Source: an uncultured Chloroflexia bacterium (lineage in GTDB: Bacteria > Chloroflexota > Dehalococcoidia > DSTF01 > JALHUB01). From it: 64,000 nt of DNA. A program made the position numbers and the translations under genes. The notes beneath the pieces are model-generated. The model was not told where the DNA came from. It saw only the letters and a list, made by a program, of their open reading frames with translations, and made no database searches. Of the stretch, positions 1 through 9,387 are shown piece after piece. Position 1 is the stretch's first letter. Each line of letters begins with the position of its first letter. The DNA is taken from NCBI GenBank assembly GCA_963703345.1, contig OY969814.1, positions 1,664,001 to 1,728,000 on the forward strand, written 5' to 3'.

Positions 1-2
1 GG

Positions 3-1238
3 GTGCGGGTCAGCCAGATCACGTCGCTGGCCAACGACCTGGCGCTGGCGCTGGCAACGCCGTCGCTCCGGATAGAGGCGCCGGTGCCCGGGAAGCCGGT
101 GGTCGGCATCGAGGTGCCGAACGTCACGACGTCGCTGGTGACGCTGCGCAGCGTCGTCGAGAGCCCGGCATTCCACCGGCTGGCGGGTCGCACCAAGCTG
201 GCGCTGGCGCTGGGCAAGAGCGTTTCGGGAGAGCCGGTGGTAGCGGACCTGGCGAAGATGCCGCACCTGCTCATTGCCGGCGCGACGGGCAGCGGCAAGA
301 GCGTCTGTATCAACTCCATCATCGCCTGCCTGCTCATGCAGTCGTCTCCCGACGACGTGCGGCTCATCATGATCGACCCCAAGCGCGTGGAGCTGGCGGC
401 GTTCGCGCCGATACCACACCTGGCGTTTTCGTCGATCGTCATCGACGTCGACAAGGTTGTGGGCACGCTGCAGGCGGTGATCCACGAGATGGAGAGCCGC
501 TATCGACGGTTCGCGTCGCTGGCGGTGCGCAACATCGAGGCGTTCAACCGCCACCCGAAGGCGCACCTGCGACTGCCGTACTGGGTCATCATTATCGACG
601 AGCTGGCGGACCTGATGATGGCGGCGCCCTACGAGGTGGAGCGTCAGGTGTGCCGGCTGGCGCAACTGGCGCGGGCGACGGGCATTCACCTGATCATCGC
701 GACACAGCGGCCGTCGGTGGACGTGGTGACGGGGCTGATCAAGGCGAACTTCCCGACGCGCATCGCCTTCGCGGTGTCGTCGCAGGTGGACTCGCGGACG
801 ATTCTCGACGGCGGCGGCGCGGAGAAGCTGCTGGGTCGCGGCGACATGCTGTACCAGCCGACGGACGCGGCGAAGCCGAAGCGGTTGCAGGGCGTATATG
901 TGTCGGACCAGGAGATCGAGCGGCTGGTGGCGTTCTGGACGCAGGAGCGGTTCCGCGAGGTGCAGCGGCAGGTATACGACAACTTGCTGAACGAGGCCCG
1001 GCCGGAGGTGGATGAGCTGTTCGGGGCGGACGACCCGCTGTACGAGCGGGCGCGAACGCTGGCGATGGAGCACACGCGGATGTCGACGTCGATGCTGCAG
1101 CGGCGGCTACGGATAGGCTATCCGCGGGCGGCGCGTCTGATGGACATGCTGGAGGAGAAGGGGGTGGTGGCGGAGTCGGAAGGCGGGAGCTCGCGGCGGG
1201 TGCTGGTGCGCGCGGAGGAGGACGAGCAGGACGACTGA
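3..1238 (+). CDS. ftsK: DNA translocase FtsK/SpoIIIE, C-terminal part (5' end outside window)
   Basis: Walker A GATGSGKS, IIIDELADLMM, ATQRPSVDV, C-terminal gamma domain LQRRLRIGYPRAARLMD. Confidence 0.97.
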   Translation: MRVSQITSLANDLALALATPSLRIEAPVPGKPVVGIEVPNVTTSLVTLRSVVESPAFHRLAGRTKLALALGKSVSGEPVVADLAKMPHLLIAGATGSGKSVCINSIIACLLMQSSPDDVRLIMIDPKRVELAAFAPIPHLAFSSIVIDVDKVVGTLQAVIHEMESRYRRFASLAVRNIEAFNRHPKAHLRLPYWVIIIDELADLMMAAPYEVERQVCRLAQLARATGIHLIIATQRPSVDVVTGLIKANFPTRIAFAVSSQVDSRTILDGGGAEKLLGRGDMLYQPTDAAKPKRLQGVYVSDQEIERLVAFWTQERFREVQRQVYDNLLNEARPEVDELFGADDPLYERARTLAMEHTRMSTSMLQRRLRIGYPRAARLMDMLEEKGVVAESEGGSSRRVLVRAEEDEQDD

Positions 1239-1241
1239 TTG

Positions 1242-1565
1242 TTATTGTTTTCTAGAAACACGCGCTTTCCGAATCTGGGGAAGCGCGTTTTGCGTGATTG
1301 ACCTGCGAATTATGCGGCGCGCCATCTCGTTGGAGGCGTCCTGAAGGGTGCGGTCGCCGCGCTTCCTCTGCTCAAGCATTCTGAGGAGGATGGGGCGCAT
1401 GGCGGGGCTGGCAAGCAGGACCTCGGTGAGGGCGAGCAGTTGCCTGGAGTGCCGCCCGGTCTTGAGGGCGTTAAGGTTGCCCTTAGGGGCGCCTCGCCGG
1501 GGCGAGCCTTCGACTCTCCGAGGCGAGTCTTTGACGGCGGCGGGTCGTCTTCCTCCTGCTGGCAT
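1242..1565 (-). CDS. Small basic hypothetical protein with GAPKGNLNALKTG motif
   Basis: 107-aa ORF; the motif resembles the N-terminal GAPxGNxNAxKHG motif of phage small-terminase-like proteins. Confidence 0.55.
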   Translation of the reverse strand: MPAGGRRPAAVKDSPRRVEGSPRRGAPKGNLNALKTGRHSRQLLALTEVLLASPAMRPILLRMLEQRKRGDRTLQDASNEMARRIIRRSITQNALPQIRKARVSRKQ

Positions 1566-1655
1566 GGCGAGGTGATCGTAGCCGGTGCGCGAGGTTTTTC
1601 CAAGAGGGAAGTGGCACTGCTAACGCGTGGCAGCGAAACTCGGCCGCGAACGCTC

Positions 1656-1684
1656 TTGACAGACCTCTCCCAGGCACATATGAT
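1656..1684 (+). promoter_or_regulatory. Sigma70-type promoter for the 1880-4572 operon
   Basis: TTGACA (1656-1661), 17-nt spacer, TATGAT (1679-1684). Confidence 0.75.
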
Positions 1685-1879
1685 GCTAAAGCCCCAGCCA
1701 CTGGCGTGTGGCCGCCTCCCTTGTATGTGACACGCAAGTAGGACGCTTGCGGGCCCGAGCCTCCCCCGCGGCCTCGGCGTAACAGCCGAGCCACTCGATT
1801 CCGCTTCCGTTCGCCGTATATTCGCGTCTTCGTTTCGTCGGCCGGCAACAGCAGGAATTAGCACAAAGGAGGTATCACT

Positions 1880-3907
1880 ATGTGGCATCCTAAGAGCGTC
1901 AGAATCATCGTCATCCCGGTAGCGGCGTTGGCCGTCGGCCTCGCCCTGTGCGCGGCGATCTTAGTCATCGCCCTGGGAGTGCGCCCAGCGGCGGCAGGGC
2001 CGAACGCCAGCCCGGGCGCGCCCAACCCGGGCCACGCCTGGGCCGAAATCGAAGGCCACGGGACAGACTCAGCAGGCTGGTGGCTGGGCACCAGCGCCAG
2101 CACGGCCCTGGAGCTGCGCGTGAACGGTGTCCGCGCCCTGCGCCTGGAGCCCAACGCCACCAGCCCCAACGTCATCGGCGGCTACAGCGGCAACAGCGTG
2201 ACGGCGGGTGCGGTGGGAGCCGCCATCGGCGGCGGCGGGGCGAGCGGCAATAGTAACAGCGTGAGCGACGACTACGGCACGGTGGGAGGGGGCTACAAAA
2301 ACCAGGCGGGCGACAACGCGGGCACCACCTCAGACCGCACCTACGCCACCGTCGACGGGGGCGCCCTCAACATCGCCGACGGCACCACCTCTACCGTGGG
2401 CGGGGGCGCCTCGAATCACGCCAGCGGCGGCGGCTCGGCCGTCGGCGGGGGCTGGAGCAACACGGCCAGCGGCGTGTTCGCCACCGTGCCGGGGGGCGTC
2501 AGCAACACCGCCAGCGCCGACTACGCCACAATTGCGGGAGGCGGCAGAAGCGACCCCAACAACGCCAGCACGGGCAACCGCGTGACCGACAACTACGGCA
2601 CGGTGGGAGGAGGCGGAAACAACCAGGCAGGCGACGGGGGCGACACCACAAGCAGCACCTACGCCACCGTCGGCGGGGGCCAGAGCAACACCGCCAGCGG
2701 CACCCTCGCCACCGTCGGCGGGGGCCAATCCAACAACGCCAGCTCGTACGCCACCGTCGGCGGGGGCCAAAACAACAACGCCAGCGGCGGCGGCGCCACC
2801 GTCGGCGGGGGCTACGGCAGCATCGCCAGCGGCGGCTACGCCACCGTCGGCGGGGGCAGCAGCAACACGGCCAGCAGCAACTACGCCACCGTCGGCGGGG
2901 GCCAGAGCAACACTGCCAGCGCCGACTACGCCACCGTCAGCGGGGGCGACGGCAACCAGGCCAGCGCCGAGGGCGCCACCGTCGCCGGAGGCGGCTACGA
3001 CCCCCTCTTCGGGGAGGGGGGCAGCAACTTGGCCAGCAATTTGGATGCCACCGTCGGCGGGGGCGCACACAACATCGCCAACAGCGACTCCGCCACCGTC
3101 GGCGGGGGCAATTACAACACGGCCTCAGGGCCAGCCGCCACCGTGCCGGGGGGCTGGTGGGACGTCGCGTCGGGAATGTACAGCTTCGCTGCCGGCAACC
3201 GGGCCAAGGCCAACAACCAGGGGTGCTTCGTGTGGGCCGACTCTACCTACGCCGACTACACTTGCAGCACCAACGACCGGTTCCAGGTCCGCGCCAACGG
3301 CGGCGCGCGCTTTGACGTGAACAACGGCAGCTTCGTGCAGATCTTCAATGACGGGGTCAACCTTATCAACACCTCGGCGGGCGGCGCGCGTCTGACGATG
3401 GCCGGCGTTTGGACCAACGCCTCGGATGCCGCCCTGAAGGAGAACTTCAGTCTCGTGGACGGCAAGGAGGTACTCGCCGACGTCGTCGCCATGCCCGTCA
3501 GCACCTGGAGCTACCGCGTCGAGGGCAGCGACACCGTGCACATGGGCCCGACGGCGCAGGACTTCTACAGCGCGTTCAAGCTGGGCGACAGTGACAAGTC
3601 CATCGGCACCGTGGACGCCGAGGGCGTGGCGCTCGCATCCATCCAGGGGCTCTACCAGCTCTCCCAAGAGCAGGCCACCCGCATCCAGACCCTGGAGGAC
3701 GAGAACGCTTCCCTCAAGCAAGGGCTTGACAGCCTGGACGCGCGGGTGACGGCGCTGGAAGGGGCAAACGGGACGAGCAACAGCAGCAACGGCGGATCGG
3801 CTGGACCGTTCTCCTCCGGCCTGAGCATCGGCTGGCTGCCTATCGGCGGACTGCTGGTGGCGGGCCTGGTCCTGGTGCAGCGCCGCCGCGCGGGAGGCAA
3901 GCGATGA
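1880..3907 (+). CDS. Secreted trimeric fibre/adhesin-like protein: Gly-rich ATVGGG repeats, Peptidase_S74 intramolecular chaperone domain, coiled coil, C-terminal TM anchor
   Basis: SD AAGGAGGT; N-terminal signal peptide; many ATVGGGxxNxAS repeats; SDAALKENF, W.Y and HMGPTAQDF motifs of the S74 domain; heptads QATRIQTLEDENASLKQGLDSLDARVTALE; hydrophobic tail followed by QRRR. Confidence 0.85.
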   Translation: MWHPKSVRIIVIPVAALAVGLALCAAILVIALGVRPAAAGPNASPGAPNPGHAWAEIEGHGTDSAGWWLGTSASTALELRVNGVRALRLEPNATSPNVIGGYSGNSVTAGAVGAAIGGGGASGNSNSVSDDYGTVGGGYKNQAGDNAGTTSDRTYATVDGGALNIADGTTSTVGGGASNHASGGGSAVGGGWSNTASGVFATVPGGVSNTASADYATIAGGGRSDPNNASTGNRVTDNYGTVGGGGNNQAGDGGDTTSSTYATVGGGQSNTASGTLATVGGGQSNNASSYATVGGGQNNNASGGGATVGGGYGSIASGGYATVGGGSSNTASSNYATVGGGQSNTASADYATVSGGDGNQASAEGATVAGGGYDPLFGEGGSNLASNLDATVGGGAHNIANSDSATVGGGNYNTASGPAATVPGGWWDVASGMYSFAAGNRAKANNQGCFVWADSTYADYTCSTNDRFQVRANGGARFDVNNGSFVQIFNDGVNLINTSAGGARLTMAGVWTNASDAALKENFSLVDGKEVLADVVAMPVSTWSYRVEGSDTVHMGPTAQDFYSAFKLGDSDKSIGTVDAEGVALASIQGLYQLSQEQATRIQTLEDENASLKQGLDSLDARVTALEGANGTSNSSNGGSAGPFSSGLSIGWLPIGGLLVAGLVLVQRRRAGGKR

Positions 3908-4572
3908 GACGAGCAGCAATATTCGCGGCCCTGCTCCTCGCTGTGCTGGCGGGCGCGCTCCGTGGGTACTGGCCGCTGGGCAGTGGCTCTGTCTCGTCCG
4001 CAGGCGGGCTGACATGCAGTGTGAGGGCGGGTAGCTGCGTCGGCGGCGAGGTAGCGGTATTCCGGATGTCGGCCCTGGCCAACGCTCATGCGGGAACGGC
4101 GACCGTCTCGGGCTACCCTGACGTGGTGTGCTGCAGCGGCGTGACGGGCCTGAGCAATAGCTGTAGCGGGAGCCACGCCACGGTGCTGAGGCTATCGGCG
4201 ACGGACAACGCGCACGTGGCCTCCAGCGACCCCAGCTACACGACCCAGGCGTGCCTGTCGGCGACCGGTACAACAATTACCTGCCAGTACGCATCAAGCT
4301 GCGGCAGTGGTTACACTTGCCTGGCAACTATCTACAGCAGCACCAACGCGCACGTGGCGGACTGCGACGGCACCAACGACTACGGAACGAAGGTGTGTTG
4401 CTACGCCGGCGCGGCTGTGGCCGTCGGCGGCGTGGCGGAGCCTCCGGACGTAGCGGGATCGGGGAGCGGGTCGTCTTCTCCGCCGTATGCGGCGCTGGCG
4501 GGAGCGGCGGCAGGGGTCGTCGCGCTGGCGGCGGGCGGATGGTACGTTAGGAGGCGTTGGCGCACGGACTAG
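3904..4572 (+). CDS. Secreted Cys-rich protein with three NAH repeats and C-terminal TM anchor
   Basis: ATGA overlap with upstream gene; signal peptide; 12 Cys; ANAHA/DNAHV/TNAHV; tail VAVGGVAEPPD...TM...GGWYVRRR. Confidence 0.85.
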   Translation: MRRAAIFAALLLAVLAGALRGYWPLGSGSVSSAGGLTCSVRAGSCVGGEVAVFRMSALANAHAGTATVSGYPDVVCCSGVTGLSNSCSGSHATVLRLSATDNAHVASSDPSYTTQACLSATGTTITCQYASSCGSGYTCLATIYSSTNAHVADCDGTNDYGTKVCCYAGAAVAVGGVAEPPDVAGSGSGSSSPPYAALAGAAAGVVALAAGGWYVRRRWRTD

Positions 4573-4575
4573 CGG

Positions 4576-5289
4576 CTAGGTCTGCCAGACGACCTCGTAG
4601 AGCCTGAAGCGGCCGGGGAAGCCCCGGATGCTGTGCTTCCCCCTGTCGACGAACTTGAACCCCGGATAGGGCCCGCCGAGCTCCTTCACGAGCTCCGACA
4701 TCAGTATCTGATTGCCCTTCGCTTTCTCGGCGATGCGGGCCGCCAGGTTGACGGCGGCGCCGAAAAGGTCCTGCTCATCGCGGAGGGCATCGCCGGAGTT
4801 GAGGCCCATGCGCAGGACGAGCGGCCTGTCGGGGTTGTCGCGGTTCTGCTCGGCGATCTTGCGCTGGATGTCGATGGCGCAGAGGACGGCGCGACGGGCG
4901 CTGGTGAAGGCGACCATAAAGCCGTCGCCCTGGTACTTGATTTCGGTGCCGCCGTGGTTCTGTATCTGGGCGCGGACGATCTGGTTGTGGCGCTTGAGGG
5001 CGTCGAGGGCCTGCTGGTCGCCGACGGAGGCGGTGAGGTCGGAGAAGCCCTGGATGTCGGTGAAGAGGACGGTTACGGTTGCCTCGACGGTCGTCTGAAG
5101 GGCGAGGCCGAGGGCGTGGCCGCACTGGGCGCAGAACCGCGAGCCTTCCGGGATGGTGGCGCCGCAGTTGGCGCAGATGAAGGGCGCCGACGGCGTGGCG
5201 CTAAAGCGGTCGTCGGGCAGGAGGGAGCCGGCATGGTGGTCGATGTCTTCCATGCCTGCGGGCGGCCGGACGGGGTCGGATGACGGCAT
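4576..5289 (-). CDS. Class III adenylate cyclase with N-terminal zinc ribbon
   Basis: CANCG..CAQCG ribbon; FTDIQGFS, KYQGDG, DLFG, VNLAAR catalytic motifs; start chosen at ATG 5289 with GAGGA SD. Confidence 0.88.
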   Translation of the reverse strand: MPSSDPVRPPAGMEDIDHHAGSLLPDDRFSATPSAPFICANCGATIPEGSRFCAQCGHALGLALQTTVEATVTVLFTDIQGFSDLTASVGDQQALDALKRHNQIVRAQIQNHGGTEIKYQGDGFMVAFTSARRAVLCAIDIQRKIAEQNRDNPDRPLVLRMGLNSGDALRDEQDLFGAAVNLAARIAEKAKGNQILMSELVKELGGPYPGFKFVDRGKHSIRGFPGRFRLYEVVWQT

Positions 5290-5430
5290 GACATTCCTCG
5301 TCGAAGGCGCATGATCGCCTAACATTTCACCGTAGCATGCCGCAGAAGGATCGTCAAACGAGGGGATTCGCGGCGTCGAGAGGCGGCACGGGTCGTCGAG
5401 TACGGGACATTGCTTGCACGAACCAGGGCC

Positions 5431-5458
5431 TTGACATTCGTCGCGCGAAGAGTATGCT
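5431..5458 (+). promoter_or_regulatory. Probable sigma70 promoter for the RCC1-repeat gene
   Basis: TTGACA (5431-5436), 16-nt spacer, TATGCT (5453-5458). Confidence 0.55.
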
Positions 5459-5495
5459 TGGGATGCTGGTGGTCGATAGTGGTCTATGGAGGTGC

Positions 5496-7292
5496 ATGAT
5501 GCTCTCCTCACGCCTGCTCCGTCTTTTCCCGCTTCTGTTCGTCTGTTCGCTCGTGGTGATGTCGTCGGGTTCCAGCAGAAAGGCCCTGGCCGGGGTCATC
5601 GGCCAAATGTTTGGCGGCACCTCGCCGGCATCTGCAGCAAACGCCTCGGCCGTGTCCGCGGGGTGGAACTACACCTGCGCTCTAACGACAGCGGGCGGAC
5701 TCCAGTGCTGGGGGAACAACTGGTACGGCCAGCTGGGGGACGGCACTACCACCGATCGCCACACCCCCGTCGACGTCTCAGGGCTCACCAGCGGCGTGGC
5801 CACCGTGGCCGCGGGCAATTTCCACGCCTGTGCCCTCACCACCGCGGGCGGCGTCGAGTGCTGGGGGTGGAACTACTACGGTGAGTTGGGGGACGGCACC
5901 ACCACCTCGAGCACCACCCCCGTCGACGTGTCCGGTCTCAGCAGCGGCGTGGCTGCCGTGGCGGCAGGCGCCGAGCACACCTGCGCCCTGACAATACAGG
6001 GCGGCGTCAAATGCTGGGGGTACAACGCCGACGGCGAGTTGGGGGACGGCACCACCACCTCGAGCACCACCCCCGTCGATGTCTCCGGCCTCACCAGCGG
6101 CGTGGCCGCCGTGGCCGCAGGCGCCATTCGGACCTGCGCCCTGACAACGGCGGGCAGCGTAAAGTGCTGGGGATCCGGTTACGGGCTCAACCCAGTCGAC
6201 GTCTGCGGCGCCATCAGTGGCATGGCCGCCGTGGCCGCAGGCGACTATCACACCTGCGCCCTCACCAGCGGTGGCGGCCTCAAGTGCTGGGAGAACAATA
6301 CCTACGGCCAATTGGGGGACGGCACCACTACCTGGCGCACCTCCCCCGTCGACGTCTCCGGCCTCACCAGCGGCGTCGCTGCCGTGGCACCAGGCTCCAT
6401 TCACACCTGCGCCCTGACCACGGGGGGCGGCGTCCAGTGCTGGGGGTGGAACCACGACGGTCAGTTGGGAGATGGCACCACCACCTCACGCCACACCCCG
6501 GTCAACGTCTCCGGCCTGACCGGCGGCGTGGCCGCCGTGGCCGCGGGCACCAATCACACTTGCGCCCTGACCACGGGTGGCGCCCTCAAGTGCTGGGGGG
6601 ACAACAGCTACGGCGAGTTGGGGGATGGCACCACCGCCTCGCGGCACATCCCCGTGGACGTGCTGTTCAGCGGCGAACCGACGCCCACCGCCACGCTCAC
6701 CTCCACCCCCGGTGGGCCCACCCCCACGTACACTGCCACTCCCGCGGCCACTGTCACTCCCACGTACACGCCGACAGCAACGTCCACACCCCTGGTGGGT
6801 CCTCAGATCGACAAGACTGTCAACGGCCGGCAGTGTCTCGTCGTCGCCTCGGGTGACTCGGTCATCTACCATTGGGTCGTCACCAATGCTGGTGGCGAAG
6901 CATTCACCGCCGACGTCAATGATGACACTCACGCCGCCCTTGACAACCACTGCTCATCGGTCGCGCCGGGCGACACATGCGAGCAGTCGGCGCAGGTGGC
7001 CCTTCTGACCCCGGGACTCGTCACGGACATCGCCTCAGTGGAGGCGTGCAGCACTGGATCCGGCTGCAGTTCCGCCTCGGACTCTGTCACGGTCAACGTT
7101 CTGGCCCCTACGCCGACGCGCGATCCAGTGGCCGTTGGCGGGATTGGGGAGCCGCCGGATGACATGAAGACGACGCATGGAGGCGGCGGGCCTCCGGTGG
7201 GCGCAATCGCGATGCTTGCGGGCGTCGCTGTCGTCGTCGCGATGGCCGGCGGATGGTACGCGCAGCGGCGGGTCGGGCGTCAGCGGCGGTAG
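5496..7292 (+). CDS. Secreted RCC1-repeat beta-propeller with Pro/Thr linker, Cys-containing Ig-like domain and C-terminal TM anchor
   Basis: GGAGG SD before ATG 5496; seven HTCALT..GG..CWG.N..G.LGDGT repeats (one shortened); PT-rich linker; tail [11 protein letters not shown]...TM...AGGWYAQRR. Confidence 0.9.
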   Translation: MMLSSRLLRLFPLLFVCSLVVMSSGSSRKALAGVIGQMFGGTSPASAANASAVSAGWNYTCALTTAGGLQCWGNNWYGQLGDGTTTDRHTPVDVSGLTSGVATVAAGNFHACALTTAGGVECWGWNYYGELGDGTTTSSTTPVDVSGLSSGVAAVAAGAEHTCALTIQGGVKCWGYNADGELGDGTTTSSTTPVDVSGLTSGVAAVAAGAIRTCALTTAGSVKCWGSGYGLNPVDVCGAISGMAAVAAGDYHTCALTSGGGLKCWENNTYGQLGDGTTTWRTSPVDVSGLTSGVAAVAPGSIHTCALTTGGGVQCWGWNHDGQLGDGTTTSRHTPVNVSGLTGGVAAVAAGTNHTCALTTGGALKCWGDNSYGELGDGTTASRHIPVDVLFSGEPTPTATLTSTPGGPTPTYTATPAATVTPTYTPTATSTPLVGPQIDKTVNGRQCLVVASGDSVIYHWVVTNAGGEAFTADVNDDTHAALDNHCSSVAPGDTCEQSAQVALLTPGLVTDIASVEACSTGSGCSSASDSVTVNVLAPTPTRDPVAVGGIGEPPDDMKTTHGGGGPPVGAIAMLAGVAVVVAMAGGWYAQRRVGRQRR

Positions 7293-9346
7293 CGGCCGCG
7301 ACGACCACCACCGTTGCCGCGGAACAGCGGGCCGGGACGGCCGGCCGCCTTCGCGAATTCGTGGAGGGCATCGGGCCCGCCGATCATCTGCTTGCGCAGC
7401 TCCACGATCTCGTCGCGCAAAAGCGCCGCGCGCTCGAACTCCAACTGTTTCGCCGCCGCCTTCATCTGGCTCTCCAGGTCGGCGATGACACGCGGCAACT
7501 CCTCTTTGGGCAGCGCGCCGGTGGTGTACGGCGCCCGCTCCTCGGCGACTTTCTTCACGCGATCTGTTATGTCACGTATCGCCTTGCGGATGCCCTGCGG
7601 CGTTATGCCGCGCTCTTCGTTGTAGACGATCTGGATGCTACGGCGCCGGTACGTCTCGTCGATCGCCTGTCGCATCGACTCTGTGACCTTGTCGGCGTAC
7701 ATGATGACGGCGCCGTCGATGTGGCGCGAGGCGCGGCCGATGGTCTGGATGAGCGAGTCGCGGGAGCGCAGGTAGCCCTCCTTGTCGGCGTCGAGGATGG
7801 CGACGAGGCTGACCTCCGGCAGGTCGAGCCCTTCGCGGAGGAGGTTGATGCCAACGACAACGTCGTGGACGCCGGCGCGGAGGTCGCGCAGGATCTCGAC
7901 GCGCTCGAGGGTGTCGATCTCCGAGTGCAGGTAGTGAGTGCGGACGCCCATCTCGATCAGGTAGTCGGCGAGGTCCTCCGCCATCTTCTTCGTCAGCGTC
8001 GTCACGAGGACGCGCTGGTCGCGCTCCACGCGGAGGCGTATCTGGTCGAGCAGGTCGTCGATCTGGCCGGCGGTCGGCTTCACTTCGACCGAGGGGTCGA
8101 TGAGGCCGGTGGGCCGGACGATCTGCTCGACGGTCTGGCTGCTGTGTTGCCGCTCGAACGGCCCGGGCGTGGCGGAAACGTAGACGACCTGGCTGAGATG
8201 GTCCTGGAACTCGTGGAAGTTGAGCGGCCGGTTGTCCAGAGCGGACGGCAGGCGGAAGCCGTAGTCGACGAGAGTCTGCTTGCGGGAGAGGTCGCCGAAG
8301 TACATGCCGCGCACCTGCGGAATGCTGATGTGCGACTCGTCGATGAACATCAGGAAGTCGTCCGGGAAGTAGTCGAGCAGCGTCCAGGGCGTGCTGCCGG
8401 CGGGACGGCGGGCCAGGTGGCGGGAGTAGTTCTCGATGCCGGAGCAGTAGCCGGCCTCGCGGAGGCTCTCCAGGTCGTAGTTGGTGCGCTCCTCGAGGCG
8501 GGCCGCCTCCAACAGCTTGTCCTGCGCCCGCAGCTCGGCGACGCGCTCCGCCAGCTCGGCCTGGATGTTGACGATGGCGGCGTTGAGCTTGTCCTGCGAG
8601 GTCACGAAGTGCTTCGCGGGGTAGATGTCGATGTGGTCGCGCTCGGCGAGGAGCTCGCCGGTGAGCGGGTCGAGCTCGATGATGCGCTCGACCTGGTCGC
8701 CGAGGAAGTCGATGCGGACGGCGGTCTCCTCGTAGGCGGGCATGACCGTCAGGGAGTCGCCGCGGAGGCGGAAGTGGCCGCGGGTGAGCGTCATGTCGTT
8801 GCGGTCGTACTGCATGTTGACCAGGCGGCGGACGGCGCGGCCGCGGTTGAAGGCTTCGCCGGCGCGGAAGGTGAGGGTGAAGCCGTGGTACTCCTCCGGC
8901 TCGCCGAGGCCGTAGATGCAGGAGACGGAGGCGACGATGAGCACGTCGCGGCGCTCGAAGAGGGCGCGGGTGGCGGCGTGGCGCAGCTTGTCGATCTCGT
9001 CGTTGATGTCGGCGTCCTTGGCGATGTAGGTGTCGGTGCGGGGGACGTAGGCCTCGGGCTGGTAGTAGTCGTAGTAGCTGACGAAGTACTCGACGGAGCT
9101 TTCCGGGAAGAAGTCCTTGAACTCGGAGCAGAGCTGGGCGGCAAGCGTGCGGTTGGGGGCGAGCACGAGCGTCGGGCGCTGAACGCGGGCGACAACGCTG
9201 GCCATGGTGAAAGTCTTGCCGCTGCCGGTGACGCCGAGGAGCGTCTGATGCTTGATGCCGCGGGTCAGGCCGTTGACGAGGCCGTCGATGGCTTGCGGCT
9301 GGTCGCCGGTGGCGTCGAAGTCGGAGACGAGCTTGAAGTCGGGCAT
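7280..9346 (-). CDS. uvrB: Excinuclease ABC subunit B
   Basis: [35 protein letters not shown]-terminal UVR domain FERAALLRD. Confidence 0.99.
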   Translation of the reverse strand: MPDFKLVSDFDATGDQPQAIDGLVNGLTRGIKHQTLLGVTGSGKTFTMASVVARVQRPTLVLAPNRTLAAQLCSEFKDFFPESSVEYFVSYYDYYQPEAYVPRTDTYIAKDADINDEIDKLRHAATRALFERRDVLIVASVSCIYGLGEPEEYHGFTLTFRAGEAFNRGRAVRRLVNMQYDRNDMTLTRGHFRLRGDSLTVMPAYEETAVRIDFLGDQVERIIELDPLTGELLAERDHIDIYPAKHFVTSQDKLNAAIVNIQAELAERVAELRAQDKLLEAARLEERTNYDLESLREAGYCSGIENYSRHLARRPAGSTPWTLLDYFPDDFLMFIDESHISIPQVRGMYFGDLSRKQTLVDYGFRLPSALDNRPLNFHEFQDHLSQVVYVSATPGPFERQHSSQTVEQIVRPTGLIDPSVEVKPTAGQIDDLLDQIRLRVERDQRVLVTTLTKKMAEDLADYLIEMGVRTHYLHSEIDTLERVEILRDLRAGVHDVVVGINLLREGLDLPEVSLVAILDADKEGYLRSRDSLIQTIGRASRHIDGAVIMYADKVTESMRQAIDETYRRRSIQIVYNEERGITPQGIRKAIRDITDRVKKVAEERAPYTTGALPKEELPRVIADLESQMKAAAKQLEFERAALLRDEIVELRKQMIGGPDALHEFAKAAGRPGPLFRGNGGGRRGRYRR

Positions 9347-9387
9347 TGCATGTCTAGTCTACTATGCCGACAACCTTGTCCAAAGTC

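Noticed and set aside
1730-1800. c-di-GMP-I riboswitch in the fibre operon leader
   Set aside because: Only fragments (GGACGC, ACAGCCG) resemble it; the GGCAAA P1 and GNRA/receptor elements are absent.
1242-3907. Prophage
   Set aside because: No integrase, capsid, portal or large terminase; the S74 protein has a signal peptide and TM anchor.
5640-6670. Diversity-generating retroelement target
   Set aside because: No reverse transcriptase or separate template repeat in the window; the repeats are in-frame protein blades.
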